From a virus, in the IMG/VR virus record IMGVR_UViG_3300049489_001303, positions 1 to 64,000 of that record: a stretch of 64,000 bases of DNA; one strand, 5' to 3'. Under the pieces are notes generated by a model that did no database searches, was not told the origin of the DNA, and saw only the letters and a program-made list of their open reading frames with translations. The position numbers and the translations under genes were made by a program. Shown here in pieces: positions 21,082-31,844 of the stretch (its first letter is position 1; every line of letters starts with the position of its first letter).

Positions 21082-23056
21082 CACTTACCTTCCTCCGTTG
21101 CCGCGAGAATGGACTTTAGCTCATTAGACCAGTTTTCGCAGCATTTACATCCACATGTCTTATTTGATTCTTCTGCAATTTTCATTCTTAGTTTTGAATC
21201 GTTTAACAGTTGCGTTTCTGTTAATATCCTACGAATGGAATCACACAACCCGTCTGGTGGATAAGACTCATCACCATCCACTGACGAGATGTATGTGTTT
21301 GCAAATTCCGCTACTTCCCGCGCATCATTTTTCAGTGCGTCTAGCTTGGCTTGTAGTACGTCTATGTGAAACCTGTATTTATCCTCCAGGTCGTAGCGCA
21401 TGGCTGAATAGTTTGGCTCGCACTTACAAGCACTGTGAGAACATGGACTGGTACTGCTCATTTCTCCTCCTCCTCCTCCGTTGCCGCGAGAATGCGGCGG
21501 GCTGCTTCAAGTACGAAATCAGGTAGACACGGATCACACAGAGAGTCCTTTGCCACAATCCGCGCATCCTTTTTCAGCGCGGACAGTTCTGCAGAGGTAA
21601 TACCTAAAGATTCTTTCAAACCTTCAGCGCACGTTTTCCACGTGTCTGCATCCTTTTTCAGCTTTACATAATCGACTAGAAGTTCTTTGCAGTCTTGAGA
21701 AGAGATTGAGTCCTTTTCAGTGGTATACCGTTTCATTTCTTCTCCTCCGTTGCCGCGAGAATGCGGTCTATAGCATCACACAAGGCGCTTCCCTCCGGGT
21801 AATCTTCCCGTTTTTTACATCTGACATAATTACAGTGATCAGCCACTATCCGCGCATCCTTTTTAAGATTTTCAAAAATACGCGCATCCTCTTTTAGATT
21901 TGCAACTTTAAACCTGAGCATTTTTATCTCTGTATCTGCCCACTTAGGATCTTCGATTATACGCTGTAGTGAGGTTTCGATCATTTTTCCTCCGTTGCCG
22001 CGAGAATGCGGCTCATTTAGTCTCATCCACTATCCGCAAATGGCTCAAGTCATCCCAATCCGGCAGGACATTGTACCGCTCGAAAATTTCTTCGGTGGTG
22101 TCGTTGCGTATCAGGTACGCCGAATCACGCTCAACTGGATCTGTGAACCCTGCGCTCGCTCCGTACCGTATCAGGTCAACATATAAATCACGCGCAACTG
22201 ATTTAGAAGGGTTGCGGAGCAGCACCATAGCGTGCTCCTCGAAAACAAAACCACCGGTAATATCATCAACATCCGAATCGTGAATGCTCACCAGTAATTC
22301 GTAATCCTTGCGAGCCTGTTCATAGGACAACCTCATTATTCAGCCCCACTTTCGTCAGTTTTTTTCAGATCCAGCCTTTTCTGGATTCTGTTCCTCAACT
22401 CCGCAATGGTCATGGCAGCGTCCGCGTTATTCAGCTCATCGAAAACCATTCCGTAGTAGCCCGCCAACGGCATTTGTTCAGAATCTACGACCACTTTAAC
22501 TTCGCGATCACGCGGCCTTTGCGCTCCCGGTGGCCCAGGACGCGGAGACTTCGGTGGTTCCTTTGTCTGTCTTTTTTCTTTTCCTTCTTTCATTTCGTCA
22601 TCTCCAAAATTTCGTTTTGCAAGCAACCGCGCATCCGTTCCCAGCGCGGCAAGTTCGGCTCTCAACTCATCAACCTGTCTTTGCAGCTTGGCTATATCAG
22701 ACACCAGTCCGATCATTTTTTCCCATCTGTTGCCGCGATAATGCGGTCTGCAAGGTCATAAAGATCCTTGCTGTAACAGCTAATTCTCTGCACCTTCTCA
22801 GCCAGTTCCCGCGCATCCTTTTTAAGATTTTCAAAAATACGCGCATCCTCTTTTAGATTTGCAACTTTAAACCTGAGCATTTTTATCTCTGTATCTGCCC
22901 ACTTAGGATCTTCGATTATGGTTCGTAACAATGTTGCCATGTTATTTTTCCTCCGTTGCCGCGAGAATGCGGCTCACTCTAAACACATCTTATCGGTGCA
23001 ATTGTTACAGTCCTGTTTTTCCTCTTCCTGCGTATCCGTTGCCGCGATGATTCGGT
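20930..23056. repeat. Eight dispersed copies of ~24-bp tcctccgttgccgcgagaatgcgg (RILAATEE/RBS module)
   Basis: Copies near 20933, 21091, 21474, 21743, 21988, 22722, 22949 and 23035 (three degenerate). Confidence 0.9.
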
Positions 23057-23543
23057 CCATGGCATCCCTTACTCCTGGATAACAATCGCAACGCACTTCG
23101 CCTACCATCCTTAGGGTTTCACAAACCAATCTCCGCGCATCCTTTTTCAACGCGGCGAGTTCTATCATAAGTTTCTCTTCTCGTTGCTCCGCTCTGCCAC
23201 ACATTTGCGTTGCTGCAATCATCTGACCCTCAATAGATCCGCCGGGTTTTGTGTCGATGATATTGGCAATACACTGCTCGTGGATTTCGTTTTCGCAAAG
23301 CAATTTTTCTTGATATTCTTCGAGTTCTGCGACCTGTTTTTGCAGCGCGTCCCGCTCGGTTTCCAGTTCCCGCGCCAGGTCTGTAACTGCTTTCCCAAAC
23401 AGCTTGAGATTGTCACGGGTTTTACACGCTTTCTTGGCCAGCTGCTTCCACATAAGCGCCCAGATCTCAACCTGTTTGAGTTTCTTCAGGGTTTCGGCGT
23501 GGTCCTTCATTTCTTTGAGGATCAGGTCTTCTGCTTGTATCAT
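21081..23543 (-). other. Cluster of mosaic paralogous coiled-coil genes (21081..21461, 21458..21736, 21733..21984, 22336..22716, 22713..22940, 22974..23543)
   Basis: Shared LKKDAR and [DR]RI[LI]AATEE motifs; visibly more AT-rich than the flanks. Confidence 0.8.
21850..22919. repeat. 111-bp perfect direct repeat (21850-21960 = 22809-22919)
   Basis: Base-by-base identity; encodes IIEDPKWADTEIKMLRFKVANLKEDARIFENLKKDAR. Confidence 0.92.
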
Positions 23544-26500
23544 TTAAACATCCTCACTTCCTCCCCGCCGGCAACCACCTCCGCTACCACTGTGGCGGCG
23601 TAGGCACGTTGCCAGGCAGGCATCTGTGCCAGGATACGTCTGGCGATTTCGAGGGGTGTCATTTGGTTTCCTCGTTCACCCAAAATCTCGGGTGCGCTCT
23701 GCGGGCAATTCTCATGCCCAGCAAATACTGCAACTGGTGCATTGCTTGTTGAAACTCAGGAACGTCCGATCCGTGTTGGATAGGCAACTGCCTGAACAGA
23801 TTCCACGCATCCGTTAGATGATCCATAACCCTCTTCTCAGCCTCGGTAAGGCCCGAATCAAGTAATTCTGGCTCTTGCCTGCAGTCCCCAGGATGTGTCA
23901 CTTATCCACCTTCTTTCCCGATATGCTCACCCACATGTCCACTACGTCGAACTCTGATTCTCTGGGCTCCCATATCTTGCCAGTACGCACAAAGTGCTTA
24001 CAGGGCAGCTGCCACCAACGGCGCTTCACTTCCTGCAGTTCGCGGAAGTAAAAGCCGCCCGTGGTGGTGATGGACATCCAGATTCTGCCCCAGGCATCAA
24101 CGTTTCCTTCGAGTGGCCATGAGGGTTCGTACAGTACGTCGTTGCTTTTACGCTGAGCGAGGATCATTTCTTCTTCAACTTCTTCTTGGCAACCACAGTG
24201 CGCTGCACCGTCTTCTTGTGCAGTGTGATGGGGTCATCCCAGTAGCCGGTTCCCTGCATTCTGAAGTTCTCCACGGCGTCGGTGTTGGTGGTGTTTGTTG
24301 TGATAATGCTGTTGCACGGAATGTTGGAATTCTCCGGTGTAGCCTTGGCAAGAAGCCAGTCGCCATCCTCAGGCGGTGGCGTTGTGGTGAGCTTACCGAG
24401 CACGCAACGTTGGGTTGGATCCCACTGACTGGAGATGGTGATGGGTTGCTTGGAGGCGTGGTAGGCGGCGTGGAGTTGTTTGAAGTCCTCAAAATGCATT
24501 TCAATGAGATGCTGTGACCCGGCGAACACTACGGTCATGCCTTTATCGTGAACACAGTGTGGCTCACAAAAGTTCGCTACCTGCTCCAGGTCTATTATCA
24601 CCTTTTTTTCGTCGGTATACGCTCTGATGAGCTCAACAAATCTATCAACCATTCCCCACCTCCTTCAAAAGCTTCTGAACCCCCTCATGGAAGTCCGGAT
24701 TATTGTAGAACAGGTACAGCGCCTGAGCCACGTCGGAACCCTGCTGGCCGGGGGCAATGGATACGAACTTCCAGCCGCGGTTGGCCATTCCCTGGAGCAC
24801 TTTGGTTTCTTCGTCGGTTACGTCGCTGGGGAGCACTTTTTCTTCGGTCATTTGGTTTTCTCCTCTAACAGATGTCAGCGCCAATGAACCACTGGGGTTC
24901 CACGCCGGTTATGCCGAATTTCTCGGCTTCGTCGATGAGCAGCTGGCGTTCCTCGGAGGTGACTGTCAGCTGTGCGGGATCAAAGGGTACGCCACCATCC
25001 CAGGAGTCCGCTTCGATCTCCTTGATTGCCAGGTAGGCCCTGCTGGGATGGTCATAAGCGGGGGACAGTGTCCGTTGAAACACGCCACCCTTATTCTCAA
25101 AGTGGTAAGGGTACTTTTCCAGTTGTTCGAGCATCTCTTCCGGCATTTCATCAACCCCGCAACTGGTGTCCTCGGGGTTGTGAATAGGTATACCATAAAA
25201 GACATGTGCTGATGTGCTAATTCCCATCGTCTTCCTCCTCCTCGGTATGTCCGAGATCTGTAACCTGTTTAACCCACTGCATCCCTGGAAAGAAGCTGGC
25301 AATGTGTCGTATGTGCTCTTCGCTCCAGGTGTTCGGGATGTTGTTGCCATTGGCGTTGTAATCGAAGAACGCTTTGTACATGAACCTCTGGGCATCGGGT
25401 GTATGGCAGCGAGCCCACTCGCCAGTGTACTGCACGTACAGCTCGAGGGCTTCACAGGCTTGGGCCCGAAACGGTTTATCAACCACTTCGAGCTCTTCCA
25501 TACGGTCTCTCCAATCAGGCCAGGCTGCGATTATACGTTTGGCGCTGATGCACAGCTCTGCGTTCTCTTCTGGAGTCCTGTCTTCTCTCTCTTTGCATGC
25601 CGCGTCGTATGCTTTTGCTGCTGCTTCCAGAAACTCTTCTGGGAAATTCTTGTTGAATTCTTCAAGCGTCTTTCGAAGTACCATTGGTTTTCTCCTTCCC
25701 GTTAAACACCTCATCCGCGAACTTCGCGTGGAGGTCCTGATCGTCACTGAACAGTCCCGAATAACGTTTCTTCCACTCCGGCCACCCGTCGATGATGCGG
25801 CGGGCGCTGTTGTAGACTGCTGCGTTTCTTTCACGTTGCTCTTCTAGTTGTTTGGGGGTCATTCTAACGATATCCGTCACGCAATGCCATCAACTTATCC
25901 ACCATTCGCTCGACGTCGCTACTTGAAGCTGTCTTGTACTCCGGGATGGTTCCTTCTCGAAGGTCTTTCGCAGAGCTCGGCGTATCCGACATGGCTACCA
26001 TGCCGCAATACACAACCCTGTTCCGCTCGCGTTCGAGTTGATGTTCCAGATCAACAATCTTGTCCCACGGAGACTCAGCTGCTTCGACGTAACAATTGTC
26101 ACTCGGCTTCGGTGCTGGCGGGACATACAACGCGCACCACGTCTCGTAACTCATTGGCGTTCTGAGAGCCGTGTTAATAACCTTCTCCAGTTGCGCCACG
26201 CGTTCCTTGAGCATAAAAATCTGCGTGTCTCTGTCTACTTCCATGTTTTTCATTTCGGCACATCCTCCTTCACTCCCGGAATCCCCAGCTGCCCGGGGAA
26301 GGGGAGAGTCATGGGGTCCACTTTGTTTTCTTCTCGCGCTTCGGTATACACACTGTACTCCGCCAGCTCTCCGTTTACAATACCAACCACGTCGTTGTAC
26401 TTGATAGTATACGCTGGGTCTTTTACGGGTTTGGACGCCACGTAGAAAGAGACGTCCATGTCGCCGGAGCTGCAGCAATCGAACACATCGTTGATGGAGA

Positions 26501-26817
26501 TGTCGTCGGGATCTTCCATCCCCAACGCTGCGGCGAGGAGATCTACGCTGGATAATTTGTTGATGTCTTTGGGGTCGTCCGCGGCCACAAACACTTCACG
26601 GTCAGTGGTCAGCTCAACGGATACTTGCACTCTGTAAATGGGCATGGATTACTCCTTTGTTTGTTGTGTGCAAACGTATACCAAGTTTCAGTGCTTTTGT
26701 CTGTGCGTGAAAAGGTAGATGATGCCCACAACGATCCAGATGCTTGCCATTGCAAGCCACACACCGCCAAGAGCTATCGTCGCTAACGTTTTCTTCATTG
26801 TTGTTATCTCCCTTCGG

Positions 26818-26955
26818 GGACCAAGGCTCGATTCGAACGAGCAACCTCATGTGTTCCCGCCGCCCAACGTGTCCACAACGTCGCGTTGAGCATCTCTTTC
26901 ACAGGAGGCGTAGGGTTATGAGTCCTATCGTGTCTGCCAATTCCACCACTTGGTC
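26818..26955 (-). tRNA. Atypical tRNA-like gene, CAT anticodon, ~67-nt variable arm
   Basis: Acceptor GACCAAG/CTTGGTC, D-arm GTG-GAATTGGCAGA-CAC, anticodon arm TAGGA-CTCATAA-CCCTA, T-arm GCTCG-TTCGAAT-CGAGC; no encoded CCA. Confidence 0.7.
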
Positions 26956-27071
26956 TAAAAGAAAATGCCCCGAATAAGCGGCCACGCTCGGGACAACACG
27001 TGTCGGTTTGGGCGACGTTCAACAGTACTTGTGTTAGTGTCGCTAATACAGAACTACTGACCGGCCGCTTG

Positions 27072-27155
27072 TGCAGGAAGAGAGACTCGAACTCTCACGC
27101 CCCGAGGGGCACAGGATTTTAATTCCCGGGCGTCTACCAATTCCACCATTCCTGC
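27072..27155 (-). tRNA. trnL: tRNA-Leu(TAA)
   Basis: GCAGGAA/TTCCTGC acceptor + A73, Leu-type D loop GGAATTGGTAGA, CGGGA-ATTAAAA-TCCTG, variable arm GCCCC-TC-GGGGC, GAGAG-TTCGAGT-CTCTC. Confidence 0.92.
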
Positions 27156-27159
27156 ATGT

Positions 27160-27540
27160 GGGCCTCTCACCCACTTGGAGATTTGAGACGTGTCTCTACA
27201 CGCCTGGTTGATAGAGGACAACCAGGAAGCCCTTAACGTCCCACCAACAGCTCGTCAGCTGCTGTCACGTCCTGCGTGCCCGCTTTGCACATGCACTTTC
27301 ATGCAGAGGTGTGGGGGGATCTATTGGTAAATTCGCACATTGCTGAATGCTCCGGTTAAGCCCGGCACAAGCGCCTCCTGAAGGTGGCAACGGGTCCTGA
27401 GAGTGTCCGTGGCCTTCTTCAGGGGCGCGGTGCGTGGTCTTAACTGGATCATTATCTCCCAACGCCCTTACCCCGTCAACTGCGTTTCGCAGTCCAGGTG
27501 TTATTCAACACCAACTCCAATGTGCGGTGTTGTGGGATAT
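27160..27540. ncRNA. Putative structured non-coding RNA, family unknown
   Basis: ~380 nt without a credible ORF, containing nested inverted repeats (27334-27342/27518-27526; long hairpin 27346-27453; hairpins 27203-27226, 27479-27493, 27497-27512). Confidence 0.45.
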
Positions 27541-30500
27541 CAGATCACAGACTTAAGCATGTGCAACCGGATACTGAGCACATCCAGATGCCCATTCATT
27601 TCTTTGAGCTGAGAGAACATTCCCAGTTCGCTGTCATTGAGCTGCGCACCTTGGGCCACACGCTCAACGAACACGGCACACAGGTTGCCACAGAGCCCTT
27701 GGGATTTGCCTGTCAGCTCGTAACACGCCTGCACGTTGTTAAATTCCGAGTGCGTGGGTGCAGTCTCCTCCATCGGTGGGAACGCCGGCTCCGGCGGTCC
27801 AACTACGATCTGTGCTGCTTTTCTCCACCCAACGGGCCGGCCCTTTTTCTTTCCTGCTTCTTTCATTCATTCTCCTCTTCGTTGTTGCTCTCCCACTCGT
27901 TGCGGAAAGCTTGTGTTGTCTTGACGATACACTCTTCAGCTGTGATCAGCGCTGCCCCACCCCCAAACGCCCCAGAGAGGTTACGGGAACAATAATCTGC
28001 CCAGGTCATGATGAAACTCGACCCCGGGCGGAAGCGTTTGAGGAACGCCTGCATGAAGATCCTCACGTGGTCGAGGTTAAATTCTTCCTCGGCGTAAATG
28101 AACACTTCATCACCTGTATAGTCCCAATTGAACGCGGGCCATGTATCCGGGTCAGAGATCTTTTCTGTGATGCCTTGGCGCCCGAGGAGCTCGACTATTT
28201 CCTCATCGTCTATGGTGTCAAGCTCCAACGTGTTAGTTATCCACCCAAGCTCGTCGGGGGTGACATCTTTAAAGCATTCACAGAAGGAAGAGTAGTTGTT
28301 ACTCATTGTGAGACCCTGTAAGTGTACTGATGGCTTCACACAGCTTCTCCGCCTCTTCGACCGTGTCGAACTCCCCTACAGAAAAGGGCAGGTCTACATC
28401 CTCATACAGATCCTCCTCTTCGTCGATCTCCTCGATGTGCACCCATACTTTGAATTTGCTGGTCATTCTTCTTCCTCCTCGGGGTCATTCTCGCCGGCGG
28501 CACTCTTGAACTCAGTACCGAATGCTCGGCACAGCTCCTCCACCACTTCGTCCTGTACCTTGTATTCGTTATTCTCCGCCTTGTGCAGATTGCGCCAGTC
28601 CAGTGTTGTGCGGCACCTCCCAGCGTCGATCTGCGCACAGACGCGCCGATCCACTGCCCTCTTGTACTTGTCGAGGAGATCTTCAATCTTCCGCTGTTTC
28701 AATGTGTGTGGCATCACTCCTCCTCTCCATCCTCCTCTACAGGAAGGCAGCTGATCAGCTTGTATTGGTCAACCCATTTTTTGTCACAGGCTGTGCAGCT
28801 GACCTCCTGCTCAGCATAAATTCCGTCCACCACCACTTCATCACCTTCTACACTGTCCTCCCCGCAGTAGGGACAAACGTAGCCTTTGGTAAGGTGTTCC
28901 TGCTTATGTTTCATAGAAGCCTCCTTTGTTGTATGAGTTTCATACTCGCGGCAACCCCAGCTGGTCCCACACGTCGTCGGAGATGAAGCACACACGCTTC
29001 TTCAGCACTGCGGCTTCCATCTCGGGTTGCATCCCCATGCGGGGAATCACTTCTTCTTTGAGAACGCACCACCCACCGGTGCGGTAGTCCTGGTCGTTCT
29101 CCCGAACACTGATCATGATGATGCCCATCTGCATGTAGCCCTTGCACTTGTCGCAGGGCTCCATGGACACCACCGCACGCCGCGGCGCCTCAGCATCCTT
29201 CTTGAGTCGGCCCATGAGAGCGATCTCGTTGGTGTCTCCACCGCACAGGTAGCACTGTCCCAAACAGGGATTGAGGCCGTGCTTCTCTGAGAGGCGGATT
29301 GAGGGTTCTGCTTTTTTTCTGCCCATTATTCAGTCTTCCTTCCATGGGTGCCAATTGTTTTTGGATGTCATCACCCGGGATAAGTCCCAGGAGTCCTGGA
29401 AAGTCAGGTGGCCCCTGAACTCCCCACCACACACATTTTCATTTTGAATTTCTGGAGCCAGCGCCCGCATCTCATCCTCCAGCGAGTCACTGAGCAGACA
29501 TTTGTCGCACAGGACTTCCCCCCGGAAGGTTGTCAGCAGCTTGTTGCACTCTCCCTGCCGCATGGTTTTCGGCGCTGTCCAGTGACAGCAGGTGCAGTGT
29601 CTAGGCCGTGGCTTTTTCGGTTTTGGCATCGCCCGAAATCTCTCTCAGATCTGCCAGTGCGTCTATATCCATGGTCTGTGATGGTTTCATCTTCTCCACC
29701 ACCCACTGGAGGTCTTTGGTGGGAACGTACACGCTTCGATCGCGTATCGTCAGCACATAGCCGGCGGCGGGTGCCGTGGCTGTCATGAAGGCACCTGGAG
29801 ACACCTCATTGGAGATCTTGGCACCCTTCTTAACCCTTTTGATTGTCAATTTCATCGAGCAGTCCTTTCTTCTGTAGTTCTTCCCGGAGGGCCTCCATGA
29901 TAAGCCCCCTGGCACCACCCTCCAAGCTATCAAAGAGCGCATGGGCCTCTTTGAGAAGCGGGGTGTTCATGTAGTCCATCAAGCGCATGTTAGCCTCAGC
30001 GACAACTTCAATGGCACCTATGTCGCGGCTCACGTCTTGCCCGTAATGCATAACCGTCCCTCGTGTGGAGCCGCTAAAGAGGACTCCTGTCTTACAAAAT
30101 CTTCTACCTTAAGCCCGTCATCGTCTCCCATAAAGCAGGTGGGGCACATGTACATCTTCTTGTACTTGATCATCGGCTCTCCAATGTCTTTGCGGACCTT
30201 ACCATTAAGGTCGTACACAGTATTGGAGGTGGCACCACAACGGGCGCACACGGCGTTAACTGGCACACCGTCGTTAAATGACTTCCGGTGCTTGTCCAGC
30301 CTCTGCCTGCAAGCGGTACAGCGCCGCAGAACAACTGTCCTTTTAATGAACTCTTCTTCAGGGAACTCTTCTTGGCAACAGATACACTTTATGCCCACGC
30401 TACACCCACATGTTCTTTAAATTCCGCGCATGAGGGGCACAGCATGTATTTGTGGTGGCCTATCTGGAATTCTTCTCCGCACTCAGCACAAGTGACCATG

Positions 30501-30875
30501 CGTAGTTCAACCGAATCTGATGGATCAGGCATTGCTGGAACCTCCTTTCGAAAGAATGGCACTAGGAAGTTGTACCATAAATTGAAAGGCTATTGGGAAG
30601 CAGCACGGTCAGCCTTCGACATGGCCGTGAACTCCCCCAGGTTCCAGCTCCCCCGCATCAGGTGGTGCACGCTCTTCTCCAGGTCGCCCAGGTCGAGCTT
30701 CATCCACGCAGCCAGGAAGTTGTCCCGGGCCAGGTTGTACTGGTGGAGTGTCACATCCCGAATTACGCCTTGCTCTACGGAAGGCGCCATCTGCTTCTCG
30801 AGGAGGTCTACAAGGTCAATCTTCTGCTGAATAGCTTCACGGATGGTGGTTATTTCTTCTTTTGTCATGCCAGAG

Positions 30876-30905
30876 AGAATAGCTCAAACAGGAAGGGGAA
30901 GTCAA
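30876..30905 (-). promoter_or_regulatory. Sigma70-like promoter heading the accessory region (probably leaderless first gene)
   Basis: TTGACT-18-TATTCT, then 7 nt to ATG 30868. Confidence 0.6.
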
Positions 30906-30919
30906 TATTTAACCTGCCC

Positions 30920-31255
30920 TCAGCGTACTTTACGTGCAATCCGGGCGAGGATGGATTGAAGCTTGCTGCCACCTTTGACAGGCGCCTTTGCTGAGCGCGA
31001 GTGACGTATCAGCTTGGCTTTCATATTCTCAGTAAAGGCATCCCCGAACAGCCGTTCATTCTGTTTAGACAACGATTTCTCCCCGGGGATCCCACCGGGG
31101 AACTTGTCCTTGGATACACCCACCTCAGAAAGCGGAGTGGACAGGGCGACCTCCGAATAGGGGGCAGGAATATCTTCACGGATCTGCCGCATAGTGAGGC
31201 TGGTAGCCATCTTCTCCAAAACGCTGTAGGCAACTTCTTCCGCAGTCTTAACCAT
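30920..31255 (-). CDS. Putative internal head protein (K-x-A motif)
   Basis: MVKTAEE...LEKMAT. Confidence 0.5.
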   Translation of the reverse strand: MVKTAEEVAYSVLEKMATSLTMRQIREDIPAPYSEVALSTPLSEVGVSKDKFPGGIPGEKSLSKQNERLFGDAFTENMKAKLIRHSRSAKAPVKGGSKLQSILARIARKVR

Positions 31256-31256
31256 T

Positions 31257-31844
31257 TCAAATCCCCTTCAAAAGGTAGCGAACCGGTCCCGTCAGGCGAT
31301 CGGCGCCAGTGTTCTGTAGCAGTGTTCGAGCCTTCAAACGGTTCAAACCGCCGGCGTGCTCTACGTTGTGCCCGGCAGTCATAGCCGTGTTCACGCGTCC
31401 GAGCTTGTCATCGAGTAGCTTTTGCTGCTCTGGGGTGAGATCGTTGTCCTTCAGCAGCTCTCTAACCGCCGCCACAGCGTCTCCATGGTCCATCCGCCTG
31501 TCAGCTACCTTCTGTGTACCTATGGGCTTCATCTTTCGTTCATTGGCCCGCCTGTGCGCCAGATAAGCCAACACCACATCGTCAGAGGCATTGGCCACAA
31601 ACCGTGCCCCATCACTTACCAGCCCGGCGCTCTTCTCTGCTTCCCGCTCCATCTTCACAAGGCGGGTGTAGTAGTCAGGGATCTCTTCGAGGTGGTCCTT
31701 GGCAATCTCATGGGCTTTGGCGGGATCTGTGGTGTGCTCTTTTTCGATGCGATCACCTACGCTGAGCTGCTTCTCCGAGAAGTCGCTGTCGGGCTTCCCA
31801 TCAGCTTTGCCGCCGATGATCATTTCTTTGGAGATCTTTATCAT
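31257..31844 (-). CDS. DUF5661-like phage protein
   Basis: GGKADGK...QLSVG..IEKEHTTD...EIAKDHLEEIPDYYTRL. Confidence 0.7.
   Translation of the reverse strand: MIKISKEMIIGGKADGKPDSDFSEKQLSVGDRIEKEHTTDPAKAHEIAKDHLEEIPDYYTRLVKMEREAEKSAGLVSDGARFVANASDDVVLAYLAHRRANERKMKPIGTQKVADRRMDHGDAVAAVRELLKDNDLTPEQQKLLDDKLGRVNTAMTAGHNVEHAGGLNRLKARTLLQNTGADRLTGPVRYLLKGI

Larger units (their letters stand above)
5037..30868 (-). other. Accessory/early region: dense chain of small, mostly hypothetical, translationally coupled ORFs
   Basis: Near-continuous minus-strand ORFs of 50-220 aa with ATGA/TGATG overlaps and GGAG-type RBSs; many CxxC and single-TM proteins. Confidence 0.85.

Noticed and set aside
21850-22976. 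Diversity-generating retroelement TR/VR pair
   Set aside because: Repeats are identical rather than differing at adenines, and there is no reverse transcriptase in the window.
20930-23056. CRISPR array interpretation of the ~24-bp repeats
   Set aside because: Spacing is irregular (about 90-730 bp), most copies are protein-coding, and no cas genes are present.
26804-27462. ORFs 26804..27022 and 27265..27462
   Set aside because: They overlap the tRNA-like gene or the structured region and have no RBS or coding character.
27160-27540. SRP RNA, tmRNA, RNase P RNA or self-splicing intron assignment
   Set aside because: Diagnostic conserved sequences were not found on either strand by eye.
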